Below, in pieces: positions 49,524 through 59,316 of a stretch of DNA of 64,000 nucleotides. This stretch comes from Cyanobacteria bacterium auto_48_18 (lineage in GTDB: Bacteria > Cyanobacteriota > Vampirovibrionia > Obscuribacterales > Obscuribacteraceae). Every line of letters starts with the position of its first letter. The stretch's first letter is position 1. The position numbers and the translations under genes were made by a program. Below the pieces are notes generated by a model. That model saw only the letters and a list, made by a program, of their open reading frames with translations. It made no database searches and had not been told where the DNA came from. The stretch covers positions 64,001-128,000 of the forward strand of contig JAVHQC010000025.1 in the NCBI GenBank assembly GCA_036170915.1, read 5' to 3'.

Positions 49524-49889
49524 CTAGATGCGGGAGAAATACTGCATAAGATCGCCGCGAGAAATTCCGGCAATATCGTTACGAGAAATGCCTAGCGGAT
49601 TAGGCCCGTCATGATCGTCATATGCACAGCTAATGCGATCCAAATTTTTCAGCAAGAAACGAACGTAGTTTTGCTGCCGCTGATCAAGATTGCAATGCTC
49701 AATGGCAAATTCAAGTTCTGTTTGCGAAAGAAAACGATTGCCGTCTACGTCGATAGCGTCGAAAGTTGCAAGGGCAAAATGCTTTATTTCTGCGAGCAAA
49801 TCATTGATGCTAATGCCGTCGCAGATAGCCGGCCGCGGCCAAAAGTCACGCATTTCTTTAACGCTGGGCATACTTTCTTGTGATCGCAT
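49524..49889 (-). CDS. Hypothetical protein with an EF-hand loop
   Basis: FDAIDVDGNRFLSQTEL EF-hand-like motif. Confidence 0.6.
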   Translation of the reverse strand: MRSQESMPSVKEMRDFWPRPAICDGISINDLLAEIKHFALATFDAIDVDGNRFLSQTELEFAIEHCNLDQRQQNYVRFLLKNLDRISCAYDDHDGPNPLGISRNDIAGISRGDLMQYFSRI

Positions 49890-49901
49890 ATCAGTATTTT
49901 A

Positions 49902-51860
49902 TCACTGAGCCTTGAGCAACTGTTCACTGAGAGATTGCGCCACTCTTGCCTCATCTTCGCTAAGGTTACCAGAAGCAGCCAGCGCAGCCAGACGAGACTG
50001 CAGGTCAAGCAAAAATTGGCGGTCGTAGGCATTGTGAGCGCCAATTGCACTGGCTTCAGCTTTTCGGTAGTGCACTAAGGCCTCACTATGATTGCCTCGA
50101 CCTTCGGCTAGACCACCCTCGATAATTTCTAAAGGCAAGGTATAAGCACCAAGTGCCGACATATTTTTTATGCTCTGCGCCCTCTTCATGAGAAATGCGG
50201 TCTGATCATATTTTTTCAAAGCCAAGCTAATCAGTGCCGCTTGCAACAGCACTTCTTGATTGAAAGGCTGCCGACTGAGAGCCTTATGGATGTGCTCGTC
50301 TGCCTCTGCATATTGCTTAGCAGCAAAAAGAATGCGTGCTCGAGTCATGAGAAAAAAGGTTATGTCTTCGCCCTGGTGAAAAGTTTGAGGATCGGACGAA
50401 TAACGCGCTAATTCTGACTCAGCGCCGGCCAGGTCACCGGCTAGAAGTTTGGCCTGCGCCATTAAACACCGGGCTTTAAAAATATACTGAGGATTTTGTG
50501 TGCCGCTTATCCCTTCACTAAGTAACAAGCGCGCCTTTTTCTGAGCCAGCTTGTAATTGCCTGAGTACAAATCCAGCTCTGCTTTTTCCAGCAAGACAAG
50601 ACCGTCCTCGGGGGCTAGTTTGGCCGCGTGCTCCAGCAGTTCTTCAGCGGCCTTGAACTTGCGCTGGTAGAAATAAACTCGCACAATATTCAATCTCGGC
50701 TCGACAAAATCACGCTTGAGAAATATGGCTCTTTGCCAATCGCGCTCTGCTGTGCTGAAATCGCTCTGGTCTTGCTCGGCTAGACGAAATTCAGCCTGCC
50801 CCAAACCATTCCAGCCCGCAGCAAAAGTAGGCTCAAGTTTGACTGACCACTGATAGTAATCGCGCGCCAATTCAAAATGACCCTGCGCTGCTGCTTTGCC
50901 TGCGCTGTTGAAACAATAATAGACCATGGCCTTGCGACCAAGAAAAATCAGAAGACTAAAAAGGACAATGGTGCCAACTAGAATTTTTTGTTTATCAAGC
51001 CACTGATACGTGCGTTTGACGCGACGCCAGTCTTCAACGTTGCGGCTGGCAATTGCAGTGTCACTGTCAATAATATTTCTAGTATCACTTGTAGTGGCAA
51101 GAACGGCGTAACTATTATCGAGACTCTCAGGCAAAGCTGTGGTTGGTAAAGCGCCGCTGCGTTCAAAGACTGTCTTGACCAGCCGATCGAAAGTTTCTTT
51201 ACTGAAGAAAAATGATGGTACATAGTTAGGAAAGAGCAGCTGCGACAGTAATTTGTTTTTGATTTCAAAGTGAAAAAGAATAGTCAGGCGACGCGCTGTT
51301 TCTTTCAAGGAAAATAGCCTGGTAAAGAAAAAATTGGGCTCCACAGAAACGGCGCTAATAGATTTCCATGGAACCAAGCGGTCAAAGCGCGAAAGTTTTA
51401 TTCCTTTATCAGAAACCCATACGCCTCTGCTGACAAAGCGCAATAACTGCGTAATAGCCAGAAATCCGAGAAACCAGATGACGGCAGCGATTATCCAGTC
51501 TCCCACCACGCGCAAAAAAAGCACGGTGACAGACGTGGCATTAGGTATAAGTGGAATGACATCAGTGATGGCCAATACAGAGGCGATAAAAACGGACGAT
51601 CCTGCCGCCAGTTGAGTTAGCGCTTGAGAATCGAAGGCAAAAAGCTCAGAGCCGAGATCCGTGTTCACCTCTTGGCCAGGTGATTTTGAATTTTTCAAGT
51701 AATTTTGTGGTACGTCTTCTGCAATTTCTTTGGCAATTTTTCTTGCAACTTTTCTTCCGACATGGGTGCTGTCTATCTTAGACCCTGCTTGGCTTTCCAC
51801 ACTCCATGTAACGAATCTAAAAAGTTGGACAAAAACATTAGACCATGACATATTGAACAA
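49902..51860 (-). CDS. Membrane protein with C-terminal TPR repeats
   Basis: Three TM segments, then TPRs (PTFAAGWNGLG, DFVEPRLN); start uncertain. Confidence 0.75.
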   Translation of the reverse strand: MFNMSWSNVFVQLFRFVTWSVESQAGSKIDSTHVGRKVARKIAKEIAEDVPQNYLKNSKSPGQEVNTDLGSELFAFDSQALTQLAAGSSVFIASVLAITDVIPLIPNATSVTVLFLRVVGDWIIAAVIWFLGFLAITQLLRFVSRGVWVSDKGIKLSRFDRLVPWKSISAVSVEPNFFFTRLFSLKETARRLTILFHFEIKNKLLSQLLFPNYVPSFFFSKETFDRLVKTVFERSGALPTTALPESLDNSYAVLATTSDTRNIIDSDTAIASRNVEDWRRVKRTYQWLDKQKILVGTIVLFSLLIFLGRKAMVYYCFNSAGKAAAQGHFELARDYYQWSVKLEPTFAAGWNGLGQAEFRLAEQDQSDFSTAERDWQRAIFLKRDFVEPRLNIVRVYFYQRKFKAAEELLEHAAKLAPEDGLVLLEKAELDLYSGNYKLAQKKARLLLSEGISGTQNPQYIFKARCLMAQAKLLAGDLAGAESELARYSSDPQTFHQGEDITFFLMTRARILFAAKQYAEADEHIHKALSRQPFNQEVLLQAALISLALKKYDQTAFLMKRAQSIKNMSALGAYTLPLEIIEGGLAEGRGNHSEALVHYRKAEASAIGAHNAYDRQFLLDLQSRLAALAASGNLSEDEARVAQSLSEQLLKAQ

Positions 51861-51902
51861 GGGTTAATATTAACCGTGACGAATGCATGCGAGGTATGTC
51901 CT

Positions 51903-52577
51903 TTGAAAATCCTGATCATTGAAGACGACGTGAATATCGCGCGTCTCATCGAACTTGAGCTCGGCTATGAAGGTTATCAAGTTTCCGTGGCTCACGATGG
52001 CAATCAAGGTCTTGATCTTTTCAAGAAAGACCAGCCCGAACTGGTTCTTCTCGACGTCATGCTCCCTGGCCTCGACGGGATTGAAGTTTGTAAGCGCTTG
52101 CGCTCAATGTCCAAAGTTCCAGTGATCATGCTCACCGCCAAAGACGGCGTGCAAGACAGAGTAAGCGGACTCGATAGCGGCGCAGACGATTATCTGACTA
52201 AGCCATTTGCTACTGAAGAACTACTGGCCAGAATTAGAGCCGTAATGCGGAGAAAACCAGCGGAAGGCATTCTTACATATGCCGATCTGTGGATGGATCA
52301 ACTTAATCGAGTAGTCAAAAGAGGCGAACGCCAGCTCGATTTGAGAGCTAAAGAGTTCGATCTGTTGAGATTGTTCATGCAGTATCCAGAACAAGTGCTT
52401 TCCCGTGAGTTCATTTTCGACAAAGTCTGGGGCTATGACTTTATCGGCGAATCAAACGTAATTGAAGTCTATATTCGATATTTGCGTTCTAAGCTTGAAG
52501 ACGCCACTTCTAAGCGCTTGATTCAGACTGTCAGAGGTGAAGGCTACGTCTTGAGAGAAGAAGAGCCTTCAAGATAA
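51903..52577 (+). CDS. OmpR/PhoB-family response regulator (MprA-like); no adjacent histidine kinase
   Basis: IIEDD, LLDVMLPG, LTAKD, GADDYLTKPF, NVIEVYIRYLR, TVRGEGY. Confidence 0.95.
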   Translation: MKILIIEDDVNIARLIELELGYEGYQVSVAHDGNQGLDLFKKDQPELVLLDVMLPGLDGIEVCKRLRSMSKVPVIMLTAKDGVQDRVSGLDSGADDYLTKPFATEELLARIRAVMRRKPAEGILTYADLWMDQLNRVVKRGERQLDLRAKEFDLLRLFMQYPEQVLSREFIFDKVWGYDFIGESNVIEVYIRYLRSKLEDATSKRLIQTVRGEGYVLREEEPSR

Positions 52578-52581
52578 AACA

Positions 52582-52608
52582 CAGAGAAATTTGGGCAAGA
52601 AATCTCTG
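52582..52608. repeat. Dispersed palindrome CAGAGA-N15-TCTCTG (intergenic copy)
   Basis: CAGAGAAATTTGGGCAAGAAATCTCTG, just after the stop codon. Confidence 0.65.
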
Positions 52609-52630
52609 CAGTTTTGCAAAGTAGTTTGAG

Positions 52631-52661
52631 AAGGCCGTGTCCAATGGATACGGCCTTTTTT
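52631..52661 (+). terminator. Rho-independent terminator
   Basis: AAGGCCGTGTCC-aat-GGATACGGCCTT plus a T-run. Confidence 0.8.
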
Positions 52662-52687
52662 CTATCAATCAATCTATATATGTATAA

Positions 52688-53203
52688 CTAAATACCGTCG
52701 GATAATTTCTCCACGGGTGGGCTAAGCAAAAGCTTCAGCCGCGCTTGCAAATCTGGAGCCAGCATTTGCAAAGTTTTCAGTGATCGGCAGCGGACATAAG
52801 GATTGTCATCGTGTGCCAGAGCCACAAGAATGGCTTCAGGCATATGAGGGCTCTCAGCAACGCCGTAACGCACATCAACGTTTTCGTCTCTGGCAAGCAA
52901 CGCAAGAATCTCGGCAGGACTATTCTTATTCTCTGCTACGGCCATTCTTACTTCCGAATCAGGGTCAAAGACCAGCTTTTTTAAAACCTCTATTGGCGTG
53001 CGCGGGTTTTCAGCCACCGCTCGACGTATGGAAACGTTGGCGTCTTCTGCCAATCGCAGTAAAACTTGCCTTGGAGTATTAGGATTGCCGGCCACCACTC
53101 GCCTTACCTGCAGGATTTCAAAGTCCAGCTCCAGACCGTCATTTGTGGTTTGTGCCGAGGTCGCCTGGTTTTCCTGAGATAAATCGAGCTTTTCTTTGCG
53201 CAT
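52688..53203 (-). CDS. Leucine-rich-variant/HEAT repeat protein
   Basis: About five repeats VR..VA.NP.TP..VL..LA.D. Confidence 0.85.
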   Translation of the reverse strand: MRKEKLDLSQENQATSAQTTNDGLELDFEILQVRRVVAGNPNTPRQVLLRLAEDANVSIRRAVAENPRTPIEVLKKLVFDPDSEVRMAVAENKNSPAEILALLARDENVDVRYGVAESPHMPEAILVALAHDDNPYVRCRSLKTLQMLAPDLQARLKLLLSPPVEKLSDGI

Positions 53204-53595
53204 ATTGATGCTCCATGGGCGTCTGAGTCTTTATTATGCCCGTTGTCAAGAACTGTTAACCAGTCTCCATAGAGCATAAGAGCCAACACAGCCAGTTGCG
53301 GCAGCAGTGCAATTAGGTAATGATTTGTTAAGGGCGTTTGTAACAGAAATCAGAGCGGATTCGGGCTATCCCCGACGCCTTAAGGGTTTTTCCCCTGATT
53401 ATTAGCAAGTTTTGCGTGAAGCCCCCATCTAAGCGAAAAAAAGGCTGACAGATTGCGGGTTTTACGGCTTGTAAAAAAAGATGTCGTAACGTTATGATAA
53501 CTGGCATATAGTTTAGGTATCTCTCAGGTTCGCTGCCAAGGAATTACCCGAATGGCGTTTCGCTTCAGCAACCATTGTCAAGACCAGGTGGCATC

Positions 53596-53886
53596 ATGAA
53601 TACATTACAGACACGGTACAAACCAACCTATTCAGGGCCAATGACCTCAGACGGCATTGAGCATCTTCTATCAGTGGCAGAAAACGGCAATTTTGTTCTC
53701 AGCTTGCCGCCCACTCTAAAAGACTATCAGCAAGAACTCGAGCGCTTGCTCGGTAAGTGCTTTAGTGGCAAAGCCACATCAGCAGACAGCCTGGCTCTAG
53801 CTCGCCAGATGTCTATCAACTGGTGCCTTTCGAAATGCAAACAAACAGGCCAGTCTGTCGACCAGTGCTTGAGCGAACTTTCTTAA
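53596..53886 (+). CDS. Small hypothetical protein
   Basis: AGGTGG RBS; TTGTAA-18-TATGAT upstream; terminator downstream. Confidence 0.6.
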   Translation: MNTLQTRYKPTYSGPMTSDGIEHLLSVAENGNFVLSLPPTLKDYQQELERLLGKCFSGKATSADSLALARQMSINWCLSKCKQTGQSVDQCLSELS

Positions 53887-53922
53887 TCAGCCGCCAAATT
53901 TTGGCTGACTTACTATCAATTG

Positions 53923-53958
53923 AAAAAGTCGCAGTGTTACGCTGCGACTTTTCTTTTT
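53923..53958. terminator. Bidirectional Rho-independent terminator
   Basis: AAAAAGTCGCAGTG-tta-CGCTGCGACTTTT between convergent genes. Confidence 0.85.
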
Positions 53959-53978
53959 GACCATATCTATTGAGCTAC

Positions 53979-56513
53979 TTAGGTGGTGGCTTCTCCGCCT
54001 TCAGTATCTTTTTCATCTTCAAGAGACGACTCGAGAATTGGAGTGACTGAAACAACCACATCGTCCTCGCCCACTTGCTGCATTCTCACGCCTGTGGCCA
54101 TACGTCCTTGAATGCTGATGGCATCGGCTTGCTGACGCACCACTACACCATTGGCAGTGGCAATGATCATCTCGTCGCCTGGTCTGACTACCCGCAAGCT
54201 TGCCAGACGTGAACTGGCATTTTTGAACTTGGTGCCGATCAGGCCGATGCCGCCGCGGCCCTGCTGTCTGAATTCTTCTAACCTGATACGTTTGCCGAAG
54301 CCATCATTGGTGACAACGAGCAAGTATGTATCATCGAATGTTTCCAGAGCGTCGAATCCTACAATGCGATCACCTTCGCGCAGAGTAATTGCTCTGACAC
54401 CACGGGCGGAGCGCCCGAGCGGCCGCAATTCTTCTTCGCTGTAGCGGATGCACATACCATCCCCGGTGCCGATGATAATATCGCTCTTGCCTTGAGATGG
54501 TCTTACCCAGCCAAGTTCATCACCCTCATTAAGCGTAATGGCAATAATGCCACTCTTTCTAATGTTGGCAAATTCAGACATCTGCACTTTCTTGATGTAT
54601 GCCTGGTGAGTAAGCATAATCAAATAGCTGTCAGGATCAAAGCTGGAAACAGGAATAACTGTTGTCACAGTTTCGTCTGGACGAATTTGCAGCAGGTTTA
54701 CGAGAGCAAGACCACGAGCGGTGCGACCACCTTCTGGAACGTCCATCACTTCAAGCGGATAAATCTGGCCGCGGTTGGTGAAGACCAACAATCTGTCATG
54801 CATGCTGGCGGCAAAGAAATGCTGCAGGTCATCTTCGTCTCTAGTTTTTACACCTGAAACACCGCGAGTATTGCGGCGCTGTTTGCGGAAGCTGTCGAGC
54901 GAAATGCGCTTGATGTAATCTTGCTTGGTGATGAACACAGCCATAGGTTCGTTTGGCGTCAGGTCTTTCGACGAGAGTTCGCTTTCTGAGCCGCTGGCTT
55001 CAATCACTGTGCGCCGAGAATCTTTCTGACCATTAGCATCTTTGTAATTGTCGCGAATTTCAATCAATTCTTTTTTGATGATTTCATCGACCAGTTTGCG
55101 ATCAGAGAGAATGCGCTTGTATTCAGCGATTTTCTCCAACAGTTCAGCATGTTCTTTTTCAACTTTGGCGCGTTCTAAACCGGTCAAGCGACGCAACTGC
55201 ATCTCTAAAATAGATGAAGCTTGAGCTTCTGACAGTTCGAACTTGGTCATCAACTGTTGTTTAGCTTGATCAGTTGAATCAGCGGCACGAATGAGACGAA
55301 TGACTTCGTCGATATTGCTCATTGCTTTGAGCAAGCCTTCGAGGATGTGCGCGCGATCTTCGGCTTTGCGTAAGAAGTAGCGCGTGCGCCTTGTGATCAC
55401 GTCAACACGGTGATCAATAAATTCTGAAATCATGTCGGCCAAACACAAAGTCACTGGTTTGTTTTTAACCAGGGCCAGGGTGTTGACTGGGAATGAACCT
55501 TGCAACTGGGTGAATTTATAAACGTTGTTCAACACCACCTGGGCATTGGCGTCACGCTTGAGTTCAATCACGACCCGCATACCAGAGCGATCGGTCTCAT
55601 CGTTGACGTCAGAGATGCCGGTCAATTTTTCATCACGCACCAGTTCAGCCACACGCTTGGTGAATGCTTCAGGCCCAACCATATAAGGAAGAGCGGTGAC
55701 CACAATGCCCATTTTCGGTTGGCGGCCGCCAGATGAACTCAATTGTTCGATTGTCGCTGTGCCGCGTGTAGGAATAGAGCCGCGACCGGTGGTGAAAGCT
55801 TCAACAATGCCGTCTGTGCCTAAGATGCTACCGCCGCCGGGAAAATCTGGCCCCTTAATCCACTGCATCAAAGCGCGCGAATCGAGTTCAGGATCATCAA
55901 TTTTAGCGATGGTGCCGTTCACAACTTCAGTTAAATTGTGAGGAGGAATATTTGTGGCCATACCAACTGCAATACCAGACGATCCGTTGAGCAAAAGCAC
56001 CGGAACTCGCGACGGCAACACAGTTGGTTCTTTCAACGATTCGTCGAAATTGGGCCGGGTATCGATTGTTTCGGCTTCAATGTCAGCCAGCGTGTCCATT
56101 GCCAGTGGATGCAATTTACACTCGGTATAACGCATGGCAGCTGGTGGATTATCGAGGTCGCCGAAGTTACCGTGACCATTGATGAGCACATAACGGCTGG
56201 CAGACGGTTGCGCCATGCGCACCAGCGCTTCGTAAATCGATGAGTCGCCGTGCGGGTGATATTTACCCATAACGTCGCCCACTACCCGGGCTGATTTCTT
56301 GAACTTCTCGTTAGGTGCTAGGCCCAGCTCATACATGCCATAAATAATCCTTCTGTGAACTGGTTTTAAACCATCTCTCACATCAGGAATGGCTCGGCTG
56401 ACAATGACTGACATGGCATAGTCGATAAACGACTTTTTCATCTCATCGCGCAGTTCCACCGAAACAATTCGCTGTCCGCCAGTACCACCGGTACCGCCTG
56501 TAGATTCAACCAC
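53979..56513 (-). CDS. gyrA: DNA gyrase subunit A
   Basis: [38 protein letters not shown] (catalytic Tyr), C-terminal pinwheel with QRRNTRG box. Confidence 0.95.
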   Translation of the reverse strand: MVESTGGTGGTGGQRIVSVELRDEMKKSFIDYAMSVIVSRAIPDVRDGLKPVHRRIIYGMYELGLAPNEKFKKSARVVGDVMGKYHPHGDSSIYEALVRMAQPSASRYVLINGHGNFGDLDNPPAAMRYTECKLHPLAMDTLADIEAETIDTRPNFDESLKEPTVLPSRVPVLLLNGSSGIAVGMATNIPPHNLTEVVNGTIAKIDDPELDSRALMQWIKGPDFPGGGSILGTDGIVEAFTTGRGSIPTRGTATIEQLSSSGGRQPKMGIVVTALPYMVGPEAFTKRVAELVRDEKLTGISDVNDETDRSGMRVVIELKRDANAQVVLNNVYKFTQLQGSFPVNTLALVKNKPVTLCLADMISEFIDHRVDVITRRTRYFLRKAEDRAHILEGLLKAMSNIDEVIRLIRAADSTDQAKQQLMTKFELSEAQASSILEMQLRRLTGLERAKVEKEHAELLEKIAEYKRILSDRKLVDEIIKKELIEIRDNYKDANGQKDSRRTVIEASGSESELSSKDLTPNEPMAVFITKQDYIKRISLDSFRKQRRNTRGVSGVKTRDEDDLQHFFAASMHDRLLVFTNRGQIYPLEVMDVPEGGRTARGLALVNLLQIRPDETVTTVIPVSSFDPDSYLIMLTHQAYIKKVQMSEFANIRKSGIIAITLNEGDELGWVRPSQGKSDIIIGTGDGMCIRYSEEELRPLGRSARGVRAITLREGDRIVGFDALETFDDTYLLVVTNDGFGKRIRLEEFRQQGRGGIGLIGTKFKNASSRLASLRVVRPGDEMIIATANGVVVRQQADAISIQGRMATGVRMQQVGEDDVVVSVTPILESSLEDEKDTEGGEATT

Positions 56514-56560
56514 CGAGAACTACCTCTTAATGCCGCCCAACTAAAAATTACATCTGTTCA

Positions 56561-56610
56561 AAACCAAATCAATTCAAATAAATTCAATTCAAATCAAATC
56601 AATTCAATTC
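56561..56610. repeat. Pentamer microsatellite (AAWTC-like, 10 units) upstream of gyrA
   Basis: aaacc aaatc aattc aaata aattc aattc aaatc aaatc aattc aattc. Confidence 0.8.
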
Positions 56611-56865
56611 GCCTCAATTGGCCTCAGTGGATATATAAAAAATATCCGGCCTGGCGCTTGATTTGCTCGTTTGCAGAGTCAAATTATAACACGCAGCCCA
56701 AGCTCGCTGATGATGCCAGTTTCAGTAACAAATTTGGGGTATTAGCAGCCACCGCCGGGGCGCACGCTCACATTGATACTAAAATAGAAAACTAAAATAG
56801 ATAGCTCAGATCAATTTAGGAATAAGCTCGTGAACAAAGGCACTATTGGGAGCGACGAAATCAAG

Positions 56866-58407
56866 ATGTCGGCAGTATCCAACCCCACTCCAGATGACGG
56901 TCAAGAAAATTCTGAAAGCGCTGAAGCCAGCAAACTTAAGGCCGATCGCTTGCGCAAACTTGCCGCCTTCAAAGAGCAGGGCGTCAATCCTTATCCTTAC
57001 AAATATGTGCGCACTCACAAAGCCGCCCAGTTGCAAGAACAATACAAAGACCTGGCCGCCGAAGTCGAAACAGAAGACGTGGTGCAGGTTTGTGGCAGAA
57101 TCATGAACAGCCGCAACAGCTGGATGTTTGTTGATTTATTTGACGACTCGGGAAAAATTCAACTTTTTTGCCACAAACAAAATTTGTCTGAAGAAAAATT
57201 AGCCCAGCTCAAGCTACTTGACAAAGGCGATTATTTGGGCGCCACCGGCACCATTCGCCGCACCAAACAAGGTGAGCTTTCAGTTAAGGTAACTGACTGG
57301 CAGATTCTCTCCAAATCACTTCTGCCTCTGCCTGATAGCTGGGAAGGATTTAAGGATGTAGAGGCGCGCTACCGTCACCGTTACGTCGACATGATCATGA
57401 ACGAAGGCGTGCGCGACAATCTACGCAAACGCTCTTTGATCATTCGTCATATGCGCAATTTTCTCGATCAGCACGATTATCTTGAAGTAGAAACTCCTAC
57501 TCTACAAGTTGAAGCTGGTGGCGCTGACGCGCGGCCTTTTATCACGCACCACAATACCCTTGGTCTTGACCTTTATTTGCGCATTGCTACAGAGCTGCAT
57601 TTAAAAAGACTGATCATTGGTGGTATGGAAAAAGTCTATGAGATCGGCCGCATATTCCGCAATGAAGGCATGAGCACAAGACACAACCCTGAATTCACTA
57701 TGCTCGAGATGTACTGCGCTTATGGCGACTACAACGATCTGATGACTTTCACCGAAAAAATGCTGCGCACCGTAGCTGAAAATACTCTCGGCACTGCCGA
57801 TTTTCACTATCAAGGGCAAGACATTTCATTTGCTAAACCGTTTCGCAAATTGCGCATGAACGATGCCATTAAAGAAATTACGGGCCTTGACGTTGCCACT
57901 CTTAAAAGCTTCGAAGAAGCTAAACAAGCGGCTCTTGGTCTTGGTGTCAAACTCGACAAACAAGACAGTCGCGGCAGTGTGATCAACGCAATTTTTGAAG
58001 ATAAAGTAGAACACACTCTTATTCAACCTACTTTCATCATTGATTATCCGGTAGAGATTTCTCCATTGACTAAAGCTCACCGCGAACATGAGGGTGAGGT
58101 AGAACGTTTTGAGATGTTCGTCTTTGGTCGTGAACTGGCCAATGGTTATTCAGAGTTGACTGATCCGCACGATCAAAGAGCACGTCTGGAAGAACAAGGG
58201 CGCAAAAAAGCGGCCGGTGATGTCGAAGCTATGCCTCTTGATCTAGATTTTATTATGGCGATGGAATACGGAATGCCGCCTACCATGGGTATCGGCATCG
58301 GTATCGACCGGCTGGTAATGCTGCTGACAGATTCAGCTTCAATTCGCGATGTTATTGCTTTCCCTACGATGAAGCCCCTGGGTAAACAGAGGAGCAATGA
58401 CACATGA
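56866..58407 (+). CDS. lysS: Lysine--tRNA ligase (class II)
   Basis: RYRHRYVD, EVETP, GGADARPF, YLRIATELHLKRL, FRNEG, YGMPPT.G.GIGIDRL. Confidence 0.97.
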   Translation: MSAVSNPTPDDGQENSESAEASKLKADRLRKLAAFKEQGVNPYPYKYVRTHKAAQLQEQYKDLAAEVETEDVVQVCGRIMNSRNSWMFVDLFDDSGKIQLFCHKQNLSEEKLAQLKLLDKGDYLGATGTIRRTKQGELSVKVTDWQILSKSLLPLPDSWEGFKDVEARYRHRYVDMIMNEGVRDNLRKRSLIIRHMRNFLDQHDYLEVETPTLQVEAGGADARPFITHHNTLGLDLYLRIATELHLKRLIIGGMEKVYEIGRIFRNEGMSTRHNPEFTMLEMYCAYGDYNDLMTFTEKMLRTVAENTLGTADFHYQGQDISFAKPFRKLRMNDAIKEITGLDVATLKSFEEAKQAALGLGVKLDKQDSRGSVINAIFEDKVEHTLIQPTFIIDYPVEISPLTKAHREHEGEVERFEMFVFGRELANGYSELTDPHDQRARLEEQGRKKAAGDVEAMPLDLDFIMAMEYGMPPTMGIGIGIDRLVMLLTDSASIRDVIAFPTMKPLGKQRSNDT

Positions 58408-58910
58408 ATATGATCAAAATCTACCTCTACGGGCCAAGCAAAAAAGTGCTACTGCCCACGGTGGCGGAGACCGAAGCTGGCGTTTTTGTGGAAGGCGAGC
58501 CACTACACATTTACGATCACCTGCAAGTTGATTTATGGAAAGGCGAAATTTTTAAAGCGCTCAATCGCGAGATGCTTACGGTGAAGACTCCAGAAGGCGA
58601 GCTCGAGCCCGGATCGCAACTGCTAGAAGCTCTGCATCTAAATTCATGGGCTTCTTTTGAAAAAGAATCTGTGCTTTTTACCGTGCACAAAGGGGCTCGC
58701 TACATTACGATCTATACCACCGGATTTGGTGACGACGGCATGTGGTCGGCGGCGCAAATGAGCGAACGCAAATTTCATAGCCGTGCACCATTAGAAGTAA
58801 TTGTCGATGCCATTGCCAAAGAAATTATTTGCCATCCTCAAGCGCATAAAGATACCAAACTGGCAGCAGCACCGCTGATGATCGGCATGAGCTCGAGTCA
58901 AAATAACTAG
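58404..58910 (+). CDS. Hypothetical protein
   Basis: ATGA overlap with lysS. Confidence 0.65.
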   Translation: MNMIKIYLYGPSKKVLLPTVAETEAGVFVEGEPLHIYDHLQVDLWKGEIFKALNREMLTVKTPEGELEPGSQLLEALHLNSWASFEKESVLFTVHKGARYITIYTTGFGDDGMWSAAQMSERKFHSRAPLEVIVDAIAKEIICHPQAHKDTKLAAAPLMIGMSSSQNN

Positions 58911-58951
58911 ACGCCCTCACGCGCGTCGGCGTCGAAGGCGTCTATAAGTTT

Positions 58952-58981
58952 TAAAAAAATACCTTTAAAGGTATTTTTTTA
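58952..58981. terminator. Perfect 30-bp AT-rich palindrome at a convergent junction
   Basis: TAAAAAAATACCTTT|AAAGGTATTTTTTTA. Confidence 0.55.
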
Positions 58982-59302
58982 CTGACCTGACTCCATAGCA
59001 GCGCGTTCTGATTCAACTTTTTCTTCAACGAATGCTCTGACTTTTTCAAACTCTTCATCAGAGTCAATTGTCTGGAAAACATAATCGTTGCCGCGATGGA
59101 AGAAGCGCATGATTACTAGCGTCTGGTCTTCTTCTTCTAATTCTTCTTCAGCGCCTTCTTCGGCAATTTTCAGAAGAAGAGCGTATTCATTTTCTTCGAA
59201 GACGAAACGATCGAGCATTTCGCAATCGTAAGAATGGCCGTCTTCACTTTCGAGAGTGATTACAGCAATTTCTTGTTCTTCCGAATTAGGGGCTTCTGTC
59301 AC
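58979..59302 (-). CDS. Acidic DUF1292/DUF3727-like protein
   Basis: ITLESEDG..C......E.EYALL...I.SDEEFEKV pattern; GAGG RBS. Confidence 0.7.
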   Translation of the reverse strand: MTEAPNSEEQEIAVITLESEDGHSYDCEMLDRFVFEENEYALLLKIAEEGAEEELEEEDQTLVIMRFFHRGNDYVFQTIDSDEEFEKVRAFVEEKVESERAAMESGQ

Positions 59303-59316
59303 TGTACTTACCTCAA

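Noticed and set aside
53521..53528. CTCTCAGG, reminiscent of a glycine riboswitch
   Set aside because: The upstream GGAGA/CCGAAG elements are missing and the downstream gene is unrelated
54860..54890. Non-canonical GyrA box QRRNTRG suggesting parC
   Set aside because: Similar variants occur in cyanobacterial-lineage GyrA and the full C-terminal pinwheel is present; no intein seen
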